Virus record (IMG/VR): IMGVR_UViG_3300041583_000371
Coordinates: 18,992 to 82,991 of that record
DNA from: a virus
Lineage: Duplodnaviria; Caudoviricetes
DNA: 64,000 bases
Strand: one strand, 5' to 3'
Shown: positions 50,918 to 60,531 of the stretch, piece by piece
Numbering within the stretch: the stretch's first letter is position 1
Layout: every line of letters starts with the position of its first letter
Notes under the pieces: generated by a model
The model's input: the letters and a program-made list of their open reading frames with translations, nothing else
Databases searched by the model: none
What the model was told of the DNA's origin: nothing
Position numbers and translations under genes: made by a program

Positions 50918-52098
50918 ATGAGTAGACTACCAAAAAATCCAGACCCCTTTGATTTAAGGGGCTGTTACATTGCAGGTGGCACAATTTTGTCATTGGCGAC
51001 AAAATCAGATATTAATGACTATGACGTTTGTCCAAAAAATGCCGAGGGTTTTAGTAATGCTATTGATAAACTATTGGATAGTGGTTGTTTTGTCGTAAAA
51101 GTATCTGACAGAGCAATTACATTTAAGTGCAACACCGAAAAAATAGCAAAGGCGAACGAGCAATCATACAGGTTGTGACGTATGATTACTTCGATACCGC
51201 AGAAAAGATTTTTGATAATTTTGACTTTACTGTTTGTATGGGCGCGTTTGATTGCGACACGAGCAGCTATACTCTACATCAAGATTTCTATCCAGATATT
51301 GCAACAAAGACACTTCGTTTTAACCACAAAACAAAATATCCTTTGAATAGTCTTCTGCGCGTGAGTAAGTATAACCACAAGGGATTCTTCATGAGCAAGC
51401 CTGAATATGTCAAGATGGCACTTGCTATTGCAAAAGAAGGTATGCCCTCATCTTGGGAAGAGCTCGAAGATCAGATTGGCGGCAGTTATGGTCGTGAAAT
51501 TGGATTGACCCGTGATGGTTTAGAATATAGTTTTGAAAATATGATTATGGTTCTTAGCGATATGGTATTTGACTTTGAAAATTATATCAATGCTGAAGAC
51601 AAAGAATACGACAAACTCAGCGCAGATGATATTATCAATTTTTACGTCAAAACCAAAAAAGTAAGATTTTTCGAAATTGAACAGAAAGAAGATTACTTGA
51701 ATGTTCGGAAAAAGCTACGATATACATTAGATGAAAACAACTGTGTACTAGGCGAAATGGATGGTAGGCTAATAAAAGAGTTTGGGATGCCAACACACTT
51801 TGTAGATGTTTCAACTGAAAGGCTGTGCGCTTTCATCATATTGAAAGATAATGAGCAAAGTATTCTAAGAACAAATGACTATAAAAGTCCCGATTATGCT
51901 ATCGGACATGAGACAATATTCTCAACTAACTTGCAAAAAACACAAATAACGGCAAACAGAAATGCAACTACACAAAAAAGCAGAGTCTTTGTAGCATCTT
52001 TTAATGCATATGATGTGGTCAGAGTATATGACAATATAGTAAATGTCTCAAAAGTAAAAGTCGATACTGAAGTCGTCACCCCAACTGATAATAAATAA
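50918..52098 (+). CDS. nucleotidyltransferase-like protein (CCA/poly(A) polymerase head-like), frameshifted at A-run 51138-51143
   Basis: YIAGG...DINDYD in first frame; FDFTVCM and R..KY..KGF in second frame. Confidence 0.55.
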
Positions 52099-52113
52099 AG
52101 GAACCCTACAAAA

Positions 52114-52275
52114 ATGGCAACTAAGCAGCAATACGCAACATGGGCATTGAAACTATCAGAAGGTGAGGATGATTTTGTCGATGAGCTATATGAATCTTTA
52201 ATCGAAGATGGATATGTTGATTATCGTAATAAGTTGATCGTAACAGATCAAGATGATGATGATATGGAAGATTGA
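52114..52275 (+). CDS. 53-aa acidic microprotein, paralog of 45911
   Basis: manual translation MATKQQYATW...EG...DGYVD...DDDDMED; AAGGA RBS. Confidence 0.6.
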   Translation: MATKQQYATWALKLSEGEDDFVDELYESLIEDGYVDYRNKLIVTDQDDDDMED

Positions 52276-52461
52276 AATTGTCACATGACTTTGAAATTGG
52301 AAGTTATGAGTATATCGGAAGTAGCATAGGAAACGCATATTTTAGTGGCGTTTCCTATGCGCAATTATGGGATTGTATACTTATGGCACAAAACCGCGAA
52401 GAATTAGATGCCGCAGTTGATATCACCATAAAAATGAACAATATATATGTGGGAAGGCAAA

Positions 52462-52887
52462 ATGATAGAATTTTACCAAAAAAATATAAAAAATGAACCT
52501 TGGCTGTTTACACAAGAGCAGGTCGCCACAATCGAAAAAACAAAAAAAGCAAAATATGTATGTGACACCGAACAAAAAAATAACACAGTGGCAGTATTCT
52601 ATGGGGAATCAGCACACCCCGTTTCTGGGAGTCGTTACTTCGCACTATATTATACGCAGATAGATGGGAATTTAATGATAACAGATGGTTCTTTCATAGA
52701 ATCACAAGAAATTGCTGGCGTAGTTGCTGAAAATGGTGACATCATTTATTCGAGATTTCGCCATGATTATAGGGAAAGTAAAGATGGTAGTGTGATGGTA
52801 GACGGCGGAAGGAGCTACTTGAGGACAAATACCAAAAACACAATTAGGCTATACGTGAAAGATGGCCTCTTGACATATGATGAATAA
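52462..52887 (+). CDS. phage hypothetical protein
   Basis: YSR.RHDY and VDGGRSY motifs. Confidence 0.6.
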   Translation: MIEFYQKNIKNEPWLFTQEQVATIEKTKKAKYVCDTEQKNNTVAVFYGESAHPVSGSRYFALYYTQIDGNLMITDGSFIESQEIAGVVAENGDIIYSRFRHDYRESKDGSVMVDGGRSYLRTNTKNTIRLYVKDGLLTYDE

Positions 52888-52929
52888 AAGGGTATGTTAA
52901 ATAATAAATAAAATAACAAAGTAAGAAAA

Positions 52930-53241
52930 ATGGCAAAAAAAAGATTCGACATGATCGCAATTATATATGATAAGCGCGGTCGTGTAATTTCGGTTGGAAA
53001 AAATTCTTATTTCAAAACCCACCCATTGCAACACAAACACTCTAATATTGTAGGACTACCAGATAAGCAATTCCTACATGCTGAAATACATGCTATCAGT
53101 CTATGTCGAAATATAAAAAAAGCACATAAAATTGTTGTTATGCGCTTTGATACACAAGGCAACCCTAAAAATGCTAAACCATGTCCGGTATGTCAAAATG
53201 CCATTGAATCTGTCGGAATCAAAATAATAGAGCACACCTAA
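52930..53241 (+). CDS. zinc-dependent deaminase (CDA fold)
   Basis: HAE...PC..C motif. Confidence 0.75.
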   Translation: MAKKRFDMIAIIYDKRGRVISVGKNSYFKTHPLQHKHSNIVGLPDKQFLHAEIHAISLCRNIKKAHKIVVMRFDTQGNPKNAKPCPVCQNAIESVGIKIIEHT

Positions 53242-53365
53242 AAGGAAAAAATAATGTTCAAACTATACATGATATTTGTCAATATCTGCCCATCACATAT
53301 CGCATCATCTATATTTTTCGCAACTTATATTTTATAAATATACCCATATAGGGGGAGATAAATAT

Positions 53366-53608
53366 ATGGATAAGTTTTATAAGTATTTAAAAAGAATAGG
53401 TATAGCACTGTCTATACTTTTAAACGTATTATTAGGTGGGTATATTAATCAAACGTTTAGCGCAAGAAATTATGGATGGCATTTAAAAAACAAGCCAAAC
53501 CTTGTTATGGTTTTAGATTTTGTGTTTGATAAAGTTTTTAATGACCGATCACATTGCATGAAAGCTTGGAGTTATTGGTTAACCAGAAGGAAATTGATTT
53601 GTGATTAA
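53366..53608 (+). CDS. small late membrane-associated protein
   Basis: TATAAATA at 53333; GGGAG RBS; hydrophobic segment; QTFSARN. Confidence 0.5.
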   Translation: MDKFYKYLKRIGIALSILLNVLLGGYINQTFSARNYGWHLKNKPNLVMVLDFVFDKVFNDRSHCMKAWSYWLTRRKLICD

Positions 53609-53852
53609 AATATATGGTAATGAACGTTGTGTGTGGTGTATAAAAGCAAAAAATATGGTGAAGAATTACAACATCAAATACGAATGGTTGAATACAGATG
53701 AAAGTGAAGTAATAGCAGAGCTAAAAAACTTGCTACCAGAAGCCAAAAAAATACCACAAATATGGTGGTATGATAGGTATATTGGTGGATATGACGAACT
53801 TGCAAGTGAAATAGAAAACACTGTAGGTGGTCATGGTGAAGGCAAAATTTGA
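53601..53852 (+). CDS. glutaredoxin
   Basis: CVWC, IPQI, IGGY. Confidence 0.88.
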   Translation: MIKIYGNERCVWCIKAKNMVKNYNIKYEWLNTDESEVIAELKNLLPEAKKIPQIWWYDRYIGGYDELASEIENTVGGHGEGKI

Positions 53853-54116
53853 AGGCAAAATGACTGCTATGAAACACGATTAATTAATATTATGTCGAAA
53901 AGTGATGCTACTTTGGTGGCATCACTAATATTTGACATGTACCAAAACAATATCAACTTAATTGATGTTTTTGAAATGACAGATTATCTTGAATTGAAGC
54001 TAAATTCTGATATGGACAAAGTTCAATTTTATATGAATGTGTTGACTGGCATTCATCCGGATATGAGGTTGTCTAAGTAAATAATAATAAATACTTCCAA
54101 ATAGGAGGTATCAATT

Positions 54117-54674
54117 ATGATAATATGCGGAATAGATTACAGTTTGACAAGCCCAGCAATATGCGTACATGAAGGCGACACTTGGAATCCAGAAAGTTGC
54201 ACATTTCATTATATAGTAAACTCACAAAAAAAGGTGTTCAATACCGAAAAATTTAAAGGTGTTGTGTACCCAGATTACAACTGCGAAGCCCAAAGGTATG
54301 ATAACTTATCTTCTTGGTCTACAAGAATACTGACAGATTGTGGGGCTACCCGTACTTTCATAGAAGGGTATTCATATAACTCAGTCGGAAAGGTTTTCCA
54401 AATTTCAGAAAACACTGGCGTACTTAAATACAGCCTTTGGAAAAAAAACTTAAAATACTTTGTTTTCGCACCAACTGCCATCAAAAAATTTGCCACCACA
54501 AAAGGCAACGCAAATAAAGAGATGATGTATGCTTGCTTTCTTGAAGAGACAATGATAGACATAAGAAAGGAACTTGAAATAAAAAGCTTGAAGCAATGGA
54601 ACCCTTTATCTGACATAGTAGATTCTTACTATATCGCTAAGATGGGGTTTGAAAATACATTGACAATTGATTAA
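54117..54674 (+). CDS. RuvC-like (RNase H fold) nuclease/resolvase
   Basis: GIDYSLTSPA, IEGY, E..G.LK, GNA.K..M, D..DS. Confidence 0.7.
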   Translation: MIICGIDYSLTSPAICVHEGDTWNPESCTFHYIVNSQKKVFNTEKFKGVVYPDYNCEAQRYDNLSSWSTRILTDCGATRTFIEGYSYNSVGKVFQISENTGVLKYSLWKKNLKYFVFAPTAIKKFATTKGNANKEMMYACFLEETMIDIRKELEIKSLKQWNPLSDIVDSYYIAKMGFENTLTID

Positions 54675-54939
54675 AAATACTATATACTATATACTACTAT
54701 AATGGTTAAGTGAATGGAGTTATGTCGATGTTGATTGAAAGAAAAAGTGCTATTAGTGGTACAGTACGAAAAAAAGATATTCCCGTAAATCCAGAAGATT
54801 ATATGTCTTGGAAACTAGGATATGGTTCTATTGATGATCTGATGCCCTACCTCAGCAATGAGGATTCAGAATTTATTTTGTCTGGCATTGTCAAAGAAGA
54901 ATGGAATGATTTTATAACTAGAGAAATGGCTACTGTATA

Positions 54940-55581
54940 ATGATTATCATCTTCAATGGTCCACCTGGGAGCGGTAAAGACAAGTGCTGCGAACACATAG
55001 AAGAAAAAGGATTTATCCACTTATCTTTCAAAAAAATGCTCTTTGAGAAAACAATAGAGTATTATGGTGTAGATACAGGCTGGTTCTTAGATGAATATAA
55101 CAATCGCGAAATCAAGGAAAGAAAAGAAAATGCTTTAGGTGGATTTTCGAGGCGCGAAGCTATGATTCATGTAAGTGAGAATGTTCTAAAACCAGAATAT
55201 GGTAAAGATTTCTTTGGTATAGAAGCAGCAAAACTGTTAGAAGATGGACTAGATTATTGTTTTAGTGATGGTGGGTTCGCAGAAGAAATACGACCTGTTA
55301 TAAATAAGTGTGGTGCAGATAATATTTGTATAATCCAGCTCACAAGAGATGGCTGTGATTTTTCATCTGATTCAAGAAAATACATTAACGGAAATTTGAT
55401 AGAAAGTTTTGTATTAGGTAAAGCAACCACCATATCAAAATCACACATACTACCCGAAGAGTTTTCAGTAAAAACTTACAGGGTACACAATAACGGGAAT
55501 ATCAAAGAACTATATGGGGCAATCGAACAAATTTGCGAAAAAGAAAGAAGGGGAGCGGGTTCTTATAGAGAACCCCTATGA
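54940..55581 (+). CDS. deoxynucleoside monophosphate kinase-like
   Basis: NGPPGSGKD, R..MI.VSE, SDGGF..E, DSR. Confidence 0.7.
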   Translation: MIIIFNGPPGSGKDKCCEHIEEKGFIHLSFKKMLFEKTIEYYGVDTGWFLDEYNNREIKERKENALGGFSRREAMIHVSENVLKPEYGKDFFGIEAAKLLEDGLDYCFSDGGFAEEIRPVINKCGADNICIIQLTRDGCDFSSDSRKYINGNLIESFVLGKATTISKSHILPEEFSVKTYRVHNNGNIKELYGAIEQICEKERRGAGSYREPL

Positions 55582-55776
55582 TGTTGAATCAGTTTTTGAA
55601 TCTTTAGAAATCGCAGGTAGATATGAAAAAGAATTGATATACATGGATAGGCTAATAGCAAATCTAAGAATTGATTCGGACTGCGATCTAATAAACTTGA
55701 ATTTTAAGATACTAAGTGACTTGGGATTAATTACGATAAAACCAAAAAAATAAATAATGAAATAGGAGTTATAATA

Positions 55777-56055
55777 ATGGCTAACAAATCTTCTGGAAAT
55801 AAGTACACCTCTAAAGGTGAGCGCAACAACGTATCTAAGTCAACACTTTTGGCTATTAAAAATGACCGCGCGGCATTTGAACAAAATGTAAATATCCAAA
55901 CAGCTTATTGGAAAGGCCAAAATCCTTGGGTTACAATTGACAATCCCAATAAAAGTGAAACTAATAAGCTAAAAGTCCGTGTCTGAGCAAATGATCTTTG
56001 GGGCAACGCAAAAGTAAGACTGAAAAATTCATACAGCATGAAATCTGCGAGCTGA
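55777..56055 (+). CDS. basic hypothetical protein with in-frame TGA at 55984
   Basis: frame continues ANDLWGN... to a second TGA at 56053. Confidence 0.45.
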
Positions 56056-56060
56056 TTTAA

Positions 56061-56090
56061 CGCGCAATGTGCAATATTGCACATTGCGCG
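56061..56090. repeat. perfect 30-bp palindrome
   Basis: CGCGCAATGTGCAATATTGCACATTGCGCG is its own reverse complement. Confidence 0.95.
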
Positions 56091-56123
56091 AAATGCCAAT
56101 AAGCAGCAAAGAAAGATCAATAA

Positions 56124-56480
56124 ATGGAAGATGACAACGTGGTGTTCTTACCTTTTGGCAAGAAAGATACGGATATTAAGCCCCCAATCAAAACAATAGA
56201 GGATTATGCGGCGAAAGCGGCATCTTACCAGCTTAGTTATTCGCAAGATTTCTGCGAAAGAATTTCTAACATGGTTTTTAAAGAAATGGAACGTGATGGT
56301 ATTGATTTTCAAAATGACGACAGCTTGATACCAAGCACAATATTAGTTATGGAGTCCTTGCTTTCATTGCATATGAAAGCAAATCAACTGGATCATTTTT
56401 TACAAGAATTCGCAGATGAAACTTTTGATCAGACTTCCGACGATTTTGTAGATGATGATGACGATGATGACGATGAATAA
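56124..56480 (+). CDS. acidic hypothetical protein
   Basis: NVVFLP start; poly-Asp tail. Confidence 0.6.
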   Translation: MEDDNVVFLPFGKKDTDIKPPIKTIEDYAAKAASYQLSYSQDFCERISNMVFKEMERDGIDFQNDDSLIPSTILVMESLLSLHMKANQLDHFLQEFADETFDQTSDDFVDDDDDDDDE

Positions 56481-56540
56481 TAGTTGACTTTCATCAAGTA
56501 TTCGTATAATATTGTACAATAAAATTTAATGAGGTTATGA

Positions 56541-57398
56541 ATGATACTATTAGACTACAATCAAGTTATGCTTGCTGCATTATTTCAGAGTATAGGCAAT
56601 CATCACAATGCAGATATAAACGAAGATATGATAAGACATATGTTTCTAAATTCTTTGCGCGCGAATAGAAATAAATTTGCAAAAAATTACGGCGAAATTG
56701 TTATTTGTGCAGATGGAAAAAGTTCTTGGCGCAAAGGCGAATTCCCCTACTATAAAGCAAATAGAAAAAAAACAAGGGATGAATCGGAGTTAGATTGGGG
56801 TGAGCTTTATCGGATTATTGCTTTGGTTCGTGAAGAGCTGGATGAACATTTTCCCTATAAAGTGATGCATTTTGATCATTTGGAAGCAGATGATATCATC
56901 GGTGCTGTATGTGAAGAACTTGGCACAGAATTGAATATGGGCTGTGAGCAAATACTAATTTTGTCTGCCGACAAGGATTTTGTCCAATTACAAAAATATG
57001 CCAACGTTTCTCAATATGACCCAATACAAAAAAAGTCTATTGTACATGGCGATCCATCATCATACCTTTTTGAACATATATTGAAAGGTGATTCTGGTGA
57101 TGGTATACCAAATATTCTTTCAGAAGACAATTGCTTGGTCATTGGCAAAAGACAAAAATCAATGACATCTAAAAAAATTGCCATGTTCACTAACGATTTT
57201 GCAGCCATGGAAGAGACCGAAAAGCATAGATTTATCAGAAACCAAAAGCTTATAGACCTAAGTTTCATTCCTGATAAATATAAAAAAGAGGTTACAGACA
57301 AATACGCAGAACCAAAAACGTTAGGCCGAACTAAGTTGTTTAAATATTTTATTAGTAGAGGCTTACGAAATTTGGTAGAAGATATTGGTGATTTTTAA
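56541..57398 (+). CDS. rnh: T4 RNase H-like 5'-3' exonuclease
   Basis: YYKANRK, EADDII, SADKDF.QL, GD.GDGIPN. Confidence 0.9.
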   Translation: MILLDYNQVMLAALFQSIGNHHNADINEDMIRHMFLNSLRANRNKFAKNYGEIVICADGKSSWRKGEFPYYKANRKKTRDESELDWGELYRIIALVREELDEHFPYKVMHFDHLEADDIIGAVCEELGTELNMGCEQILILSADKDFVQLQKYANVSQYDPIQKKSIVHGDPSSYLFEHILKGDSGDGIPNILSEDNCLVIGKRQKSMTSKKIAMFTNDFAAMEETEKHRFIRNQKLIDLSFIPDKYKKEVTDKYAEPKTLGRTKLFKYFISRGLRNLVEDIGDF

Positions 57399-57409
57399 AG
57401 GAGTTAAAT

Positions 57410-57847
57410 ATGTTACTTTCGCTTTCTGAAATAGTGAACAAGGCAGCAGCAATGAAGAAAAATAGTGATAAAGTTGAATGGTTACAAAAAAACAACACAA
57501 TATCACTAAGAACAATACTAAAAATTATGTATGACAAAACTGTGATAGTTTTGCTTCCAAAAGAGCCACCACCGTATAATGATAGTCTTGCTGTTGGTAT
57601 TGAAGGGATGTTATATAAAGAAACCCGCCGACTAAAAATATTTGTGCAGGGCGGTGGTTATGATGATTTAAATCAAACAAAGCGCGAAAACCTTTTTATA
57701 CAGCTTTTGCAAGATGTAGATAAAGGTGATGCAGCACTCTTAGTGAAAATGATTTCACAAAAAGGGTTGACAGGTCTTCCCATTAGTGTTATTAATGAAT
57801 CCTTCCCGATGTTAATCAATGAAAAAGTAGAGAGAACAAATGACTAA
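57410..57847 (+). CDS. conserved T4-like hypothetical protein
   Basis: LP...PPY and KRE.LFIQLL pattern. Confidence 0.65.
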   Translation: MLLSLSEIVNKAAAMKKNSDKVEWLQKNNTISLRTILKIMYDKTVIVLLPKEPPPYNDSLAVGIEGMLYKETRRLKIFVQGGGYDDLNQTKRENLFIQLLQDVDKGDAALLVKMISQKGLTGLPISVINESFPMLINEKVERTND

Positions 57848-58007
57848 ATCCTTCAAAAAATTTCGCGAACAAAGCTGTGACGACGAGTGGACAGAAGATA
57901 ATGAAGCATACTACGGAAAAAAAAGAAAGCTTGAAACCCGTCGGCAACAACGTCGAGATAAGTTTGAAAGTAGGAACTCTGTATTAGACGAAAATCCAGA
58001 AGATTAA
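57840..58007 (+). CDS. 55-aa protein (MTKSFKKFRE...), not in ORF track
   Basis: manual translation; overlaps upstream stop. Confidence 0.5.
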   Translation: MTKSFKKFREQSCDDEWTEDNEAYYGKKRKLETRRQQRRDKFESRNSVLDENPED

Positions 58008-58022
58008 AATTAAGGGTATATC

Positions 58023-58502
58023 ATGAAAAAACAAAAAATCTTTATCGATCTTGATGGTGTAATGGCCGATTTCGATAAACACTTCCCAGAAGCTTTTGGT
58101 GTTGATAAAGACACATTGTCTGATATTGAAATGTGGGCGATGATCAACTCCAATCCAACATTCTTCTTAGATTTGCCATTGTGTGTGGGTGCAAAAGACT
58201 TTTTCGAGTCTGTTGAACACAAAGACCCTATTATCTTAACCGCATGTCCAAAAAGTAATTATACGGTTGCAGCGACACAAAAGCGGGAATGGGTTCGTAA
58301 TAATCTTTCCAAAGATGTTCTCGTAATGCCTATCATGGGTGGAAAAAACAAATGTCTATTCATGCATAGTGCTGGGGATCTACTTATTGACGATTTCGAA
58401 AAAAACTGTAAACCTTGGGATGATATGGGTGGAATTTCTATCACGCATAGAAATTTTGGAGATACTGTTGCAGAAATGAAATGGTTTGGTTTTGATGTTT
58501 GA
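58023..58502 (+). CDS. HAD 5'(3')-deoxyribonucleotidase-like
   Basis: DLDGVMADF, ILTA, LIDD. Confidence 0.8.
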   Translation: MKKQKIFIDLDGVMADFDKHFPEAFGVDKDTLSDIEMWAMINSNPTFFLDLPLCVGAKDFFESVEHKDPIILTACPKSNYTVAATQKREWVRNNLSKDVLVMPIMGGKNKCLFMHSAGDLLIDDFEKNCKPWDDMGGISITHRNFGDTVAEMKWFGFDV

Positions 58503-59079
58503 AAATGTAATTTTGGCTGATTATGATGGTGTGTTAGGGTATTGGGCACACTCTTTTGATTTGTGGATGCGCCGCAGTGACTACATCATCAAAAATTACG
58601 AAGCTTATGATATAGAGCATCGTTACGGTATTAGTTTAGATGAATCTCTTTTCTTGATTCAGTGTTTTGATGAAAGCCCTATACTTGGCAAACTTCCACC
58701 ATATAAGGATGCAATTAAGTACGTCAAAAAGCTTCATGAAGGACATGGGTATGTTTTTCATATCATATCTGCTGTTCCAAGCACTACTAAAGTATATAAT
58801 TTGAGGCTAGAAAATATTCACAATTTGTTTGGTAATACTGCCGTAGAAAGCGTTATTTTGTGTGACAACAGTTTGAACAAGAAAAAACATCTCGAATTTT
58901 ACAAAGGTAGTGGGTGCTATTGGATTGAAGATGTCCCTGCTAATGCAGAATATGGGTTGCTTTATGGTCTTGAACCCATAATTATGGAACAGCCTTATAA
59001 TAAAAGTTATGAAAATCCACATATGATAAAAAAAGTTCAAAATTGGAAAGAAATATACCATATTATTACTGGAGAGTAA
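58495..59079 (+). CDS. HAD-family protein (T4 30.2-like)
   Basis: DYDGVL, WIED...NA..G. Confidence 0.7.
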   Translation: MFENVILADYDGVLGYWAHSFDLWMRRSDYIIKNYEAYDIEHRYGISLDESLFLIQCFDESPILGKLPPYKDAIKYVKKLHEGHGYVFHIISAVPSTTKVYNLRLENIHNLFGNTAVESVILCDNSLNKKKHLEFYKGSGCYWIEDVPANAEYGLLYGLEPIIMEQPYNKSYENPHMIKKVQNWKEIYHIITGE

Positions 59080-59169
59080 TCTTATATTTGATAAATAAGA
59101 TTGTAGATCATACAAGTGACCTTTGAAAGGCGATCTGCATTAGGTCGCCTTATTTTTTATATAGGAGAT

Positions 59170-59409
59170 ATGATGCCAATCTATTCGATTCGTAATAATG
59201 AGACTAAAGAAGAATATGAAGTTACCGTAAAGCTTTCCGAGCTTGAGGTATATCTTAAAGACAACCCCCATTTACAGCAAATTTTCAACAAGTTTCCAGG
59301 TATTGGTGACTCAGTACGTCTTGGGATTAGGAGGCCAGACGACAATTTTCGTGATGTTCTAAAAAAAGCTAAATCTGCCCACAAATATAGTACGGTTAAC
59401 GACTTCTAA
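59170..59409 (+). CDS. FmdB-like small protein
   Basis: MPIYS.RN..T.E...YL.DNP..D.FR.VL; AGGAG RBS. Confidence 0.6.
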   Translation: MMPIYSIRNNETKEEYEVTVKLSELEVYLKDNPHLQQIFNKFPGIGDSVRLGIRRPDDNFRDVLKKAKSAHKYSTVNDF

Positions 59410-59435
59410 ATAAAAGAAGGCAAATAGGAGATTTT

Positions 59436-60167
59436 ATGACTAAACATATGGCAAAGCGCAAGCGCATACAAATCACAAAAGAAACTGACCAACTAGTTAA
59501 TACTAAGTTTGCAATGAAAAAAATAAATCCAATGACTGACAACCAAGCCAATTTGTTTGATTTATTTGATGAAGGCAAGCATATATTAGCAATAGGAAGT
59601 GCAGGGACAGGTAAGACATATATTTCTTTGTGGTTGGCCTTAAAATCAGTTATGTCAGGTAAAGAGCAGAAACAAATAATCATAGTCCGTTCATCTGTGC
59701 AATCAAGAGAGCAAGGCCATATGCCAGGCAACGCTTCAGAAAAAATGACATATTTTGAAATGCCATACATAGACATAGTAAATGATCTTTTCGAAAGGGG
59801 TGATGGTTATTCCATCATGAAACAGAAAGGGATGATCAAATTTATGAGTACATCGTTTATTCGTGGCTTGACATTTGACAATTCAATAATTATAGTGGAT
59901 GAAATACAAAACATGACGGATAGTGAAATAAACACTATCATGACAAGAGTTGGAAAAAATTCCAGAATTGTTCTTTGTGGCGATGTTAGACAAGATGATC
60001 TCGTCTTGTCTAAAAACAGAGCTGATGTTTCTGGATTGAGCAAATTTATTAGGATTGCCCGAAAAATACCTTCCTTTGACATTATCGAGTTTGGGGTTGA
60101 CGACATTATAAGAAGTGGTTTAGTCCGTGAATACATAATTGCGCGTGAAGCAGAACTAAGTAACTAG
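59436..60167 (+). CDS. phoH: PhoH-like ATPase
   Basis: GSAGTGKT, RGLTF, DE.QN, TRVG, GD..Q.D, RSGLV. Confidence 0.92.
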   Translation: MTKHMAKRKRIQITKETDQLVNTKFAMKKINPMTDNQANLFDLFDEGKHILAIGSAGTGKTYISLWLALKSVMSGKEQKQIIIVRSSVQSREQGHMPGNASEKMTYFEMPYIDIVNDLFERGDGYSIMKQKGMIKFMSTSFIRGLTFDNSIIIVDEIQNMTDSEINTIMTRVGKNSRIVLCGDVRQDDLVLSKNRADVSGLSKFIRIARKIPSFDIIEFGVDDIIRSGLVREYIIAREAELSN

Positions 60168-60177
60168 TAAATATAAC

Positions 60178-60204
60178 GTGGTGCAAGAACAATTCTTGCA
60201 CCAC
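60178..60204. terminator. stem-loop between phoH and PAAR gene
   Basis: GTGGTGCAAGAA-caa-TTCTTGCACCAC; no U-tract on + strand. Confidence 0.5.
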
Positions 60205-60224
60205 AAATAAAAAGGTAAGCAAAA

Positions 60225-60530
60225 ATGCCAGCATTAGCATTATGTGATGTAGATTTTATATCCACTGGACATGCCTGTGACACAACAGCGAAAATACAAG
60301 GAAATCTTCAAAGTAAAGTATCCGTAAATGGAAAGTTTGTTGCTGTTTTAGGTGACTCTATTTTTCCACATGATATTCTTATAAATTCTAGTTGTTTACC
60401 ACACAATGCGTTCATAACAGGCGGTTCTTCTAAAGTTTTTATAAATGGCATACCAGTGTCGCGCGTAGGTGATTCTGCGGATCAGGGAGCGATAATATCA
60501 GGATCCGCAAGTATAACTGTTGGATCATGA
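60225..60530 (+). CDS. PAAR-motif spike tip protein (gp5.4-like)
   Basis: TGH.C, V.VNG...A..GD, H, GSSKVFING....RVGD. Confidence 0.85.
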   Translation: MPALALCDVDFISTGHACDTTAKIQGNLQSKVSVNGKFVAVLGDSIFPHDILINSSCLPHNAFITGGSSKVFINGIPVSRVGDSADQGAIISGSASITVGS

Positions 60531-60531
60531 C

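Noticed and set aside
32974-56055. Genome-wide TGA reassignment
   Set aside because: Many clear genes end in TGA, often with ATGA coupling, and the two internal TGAs imply different amino acids
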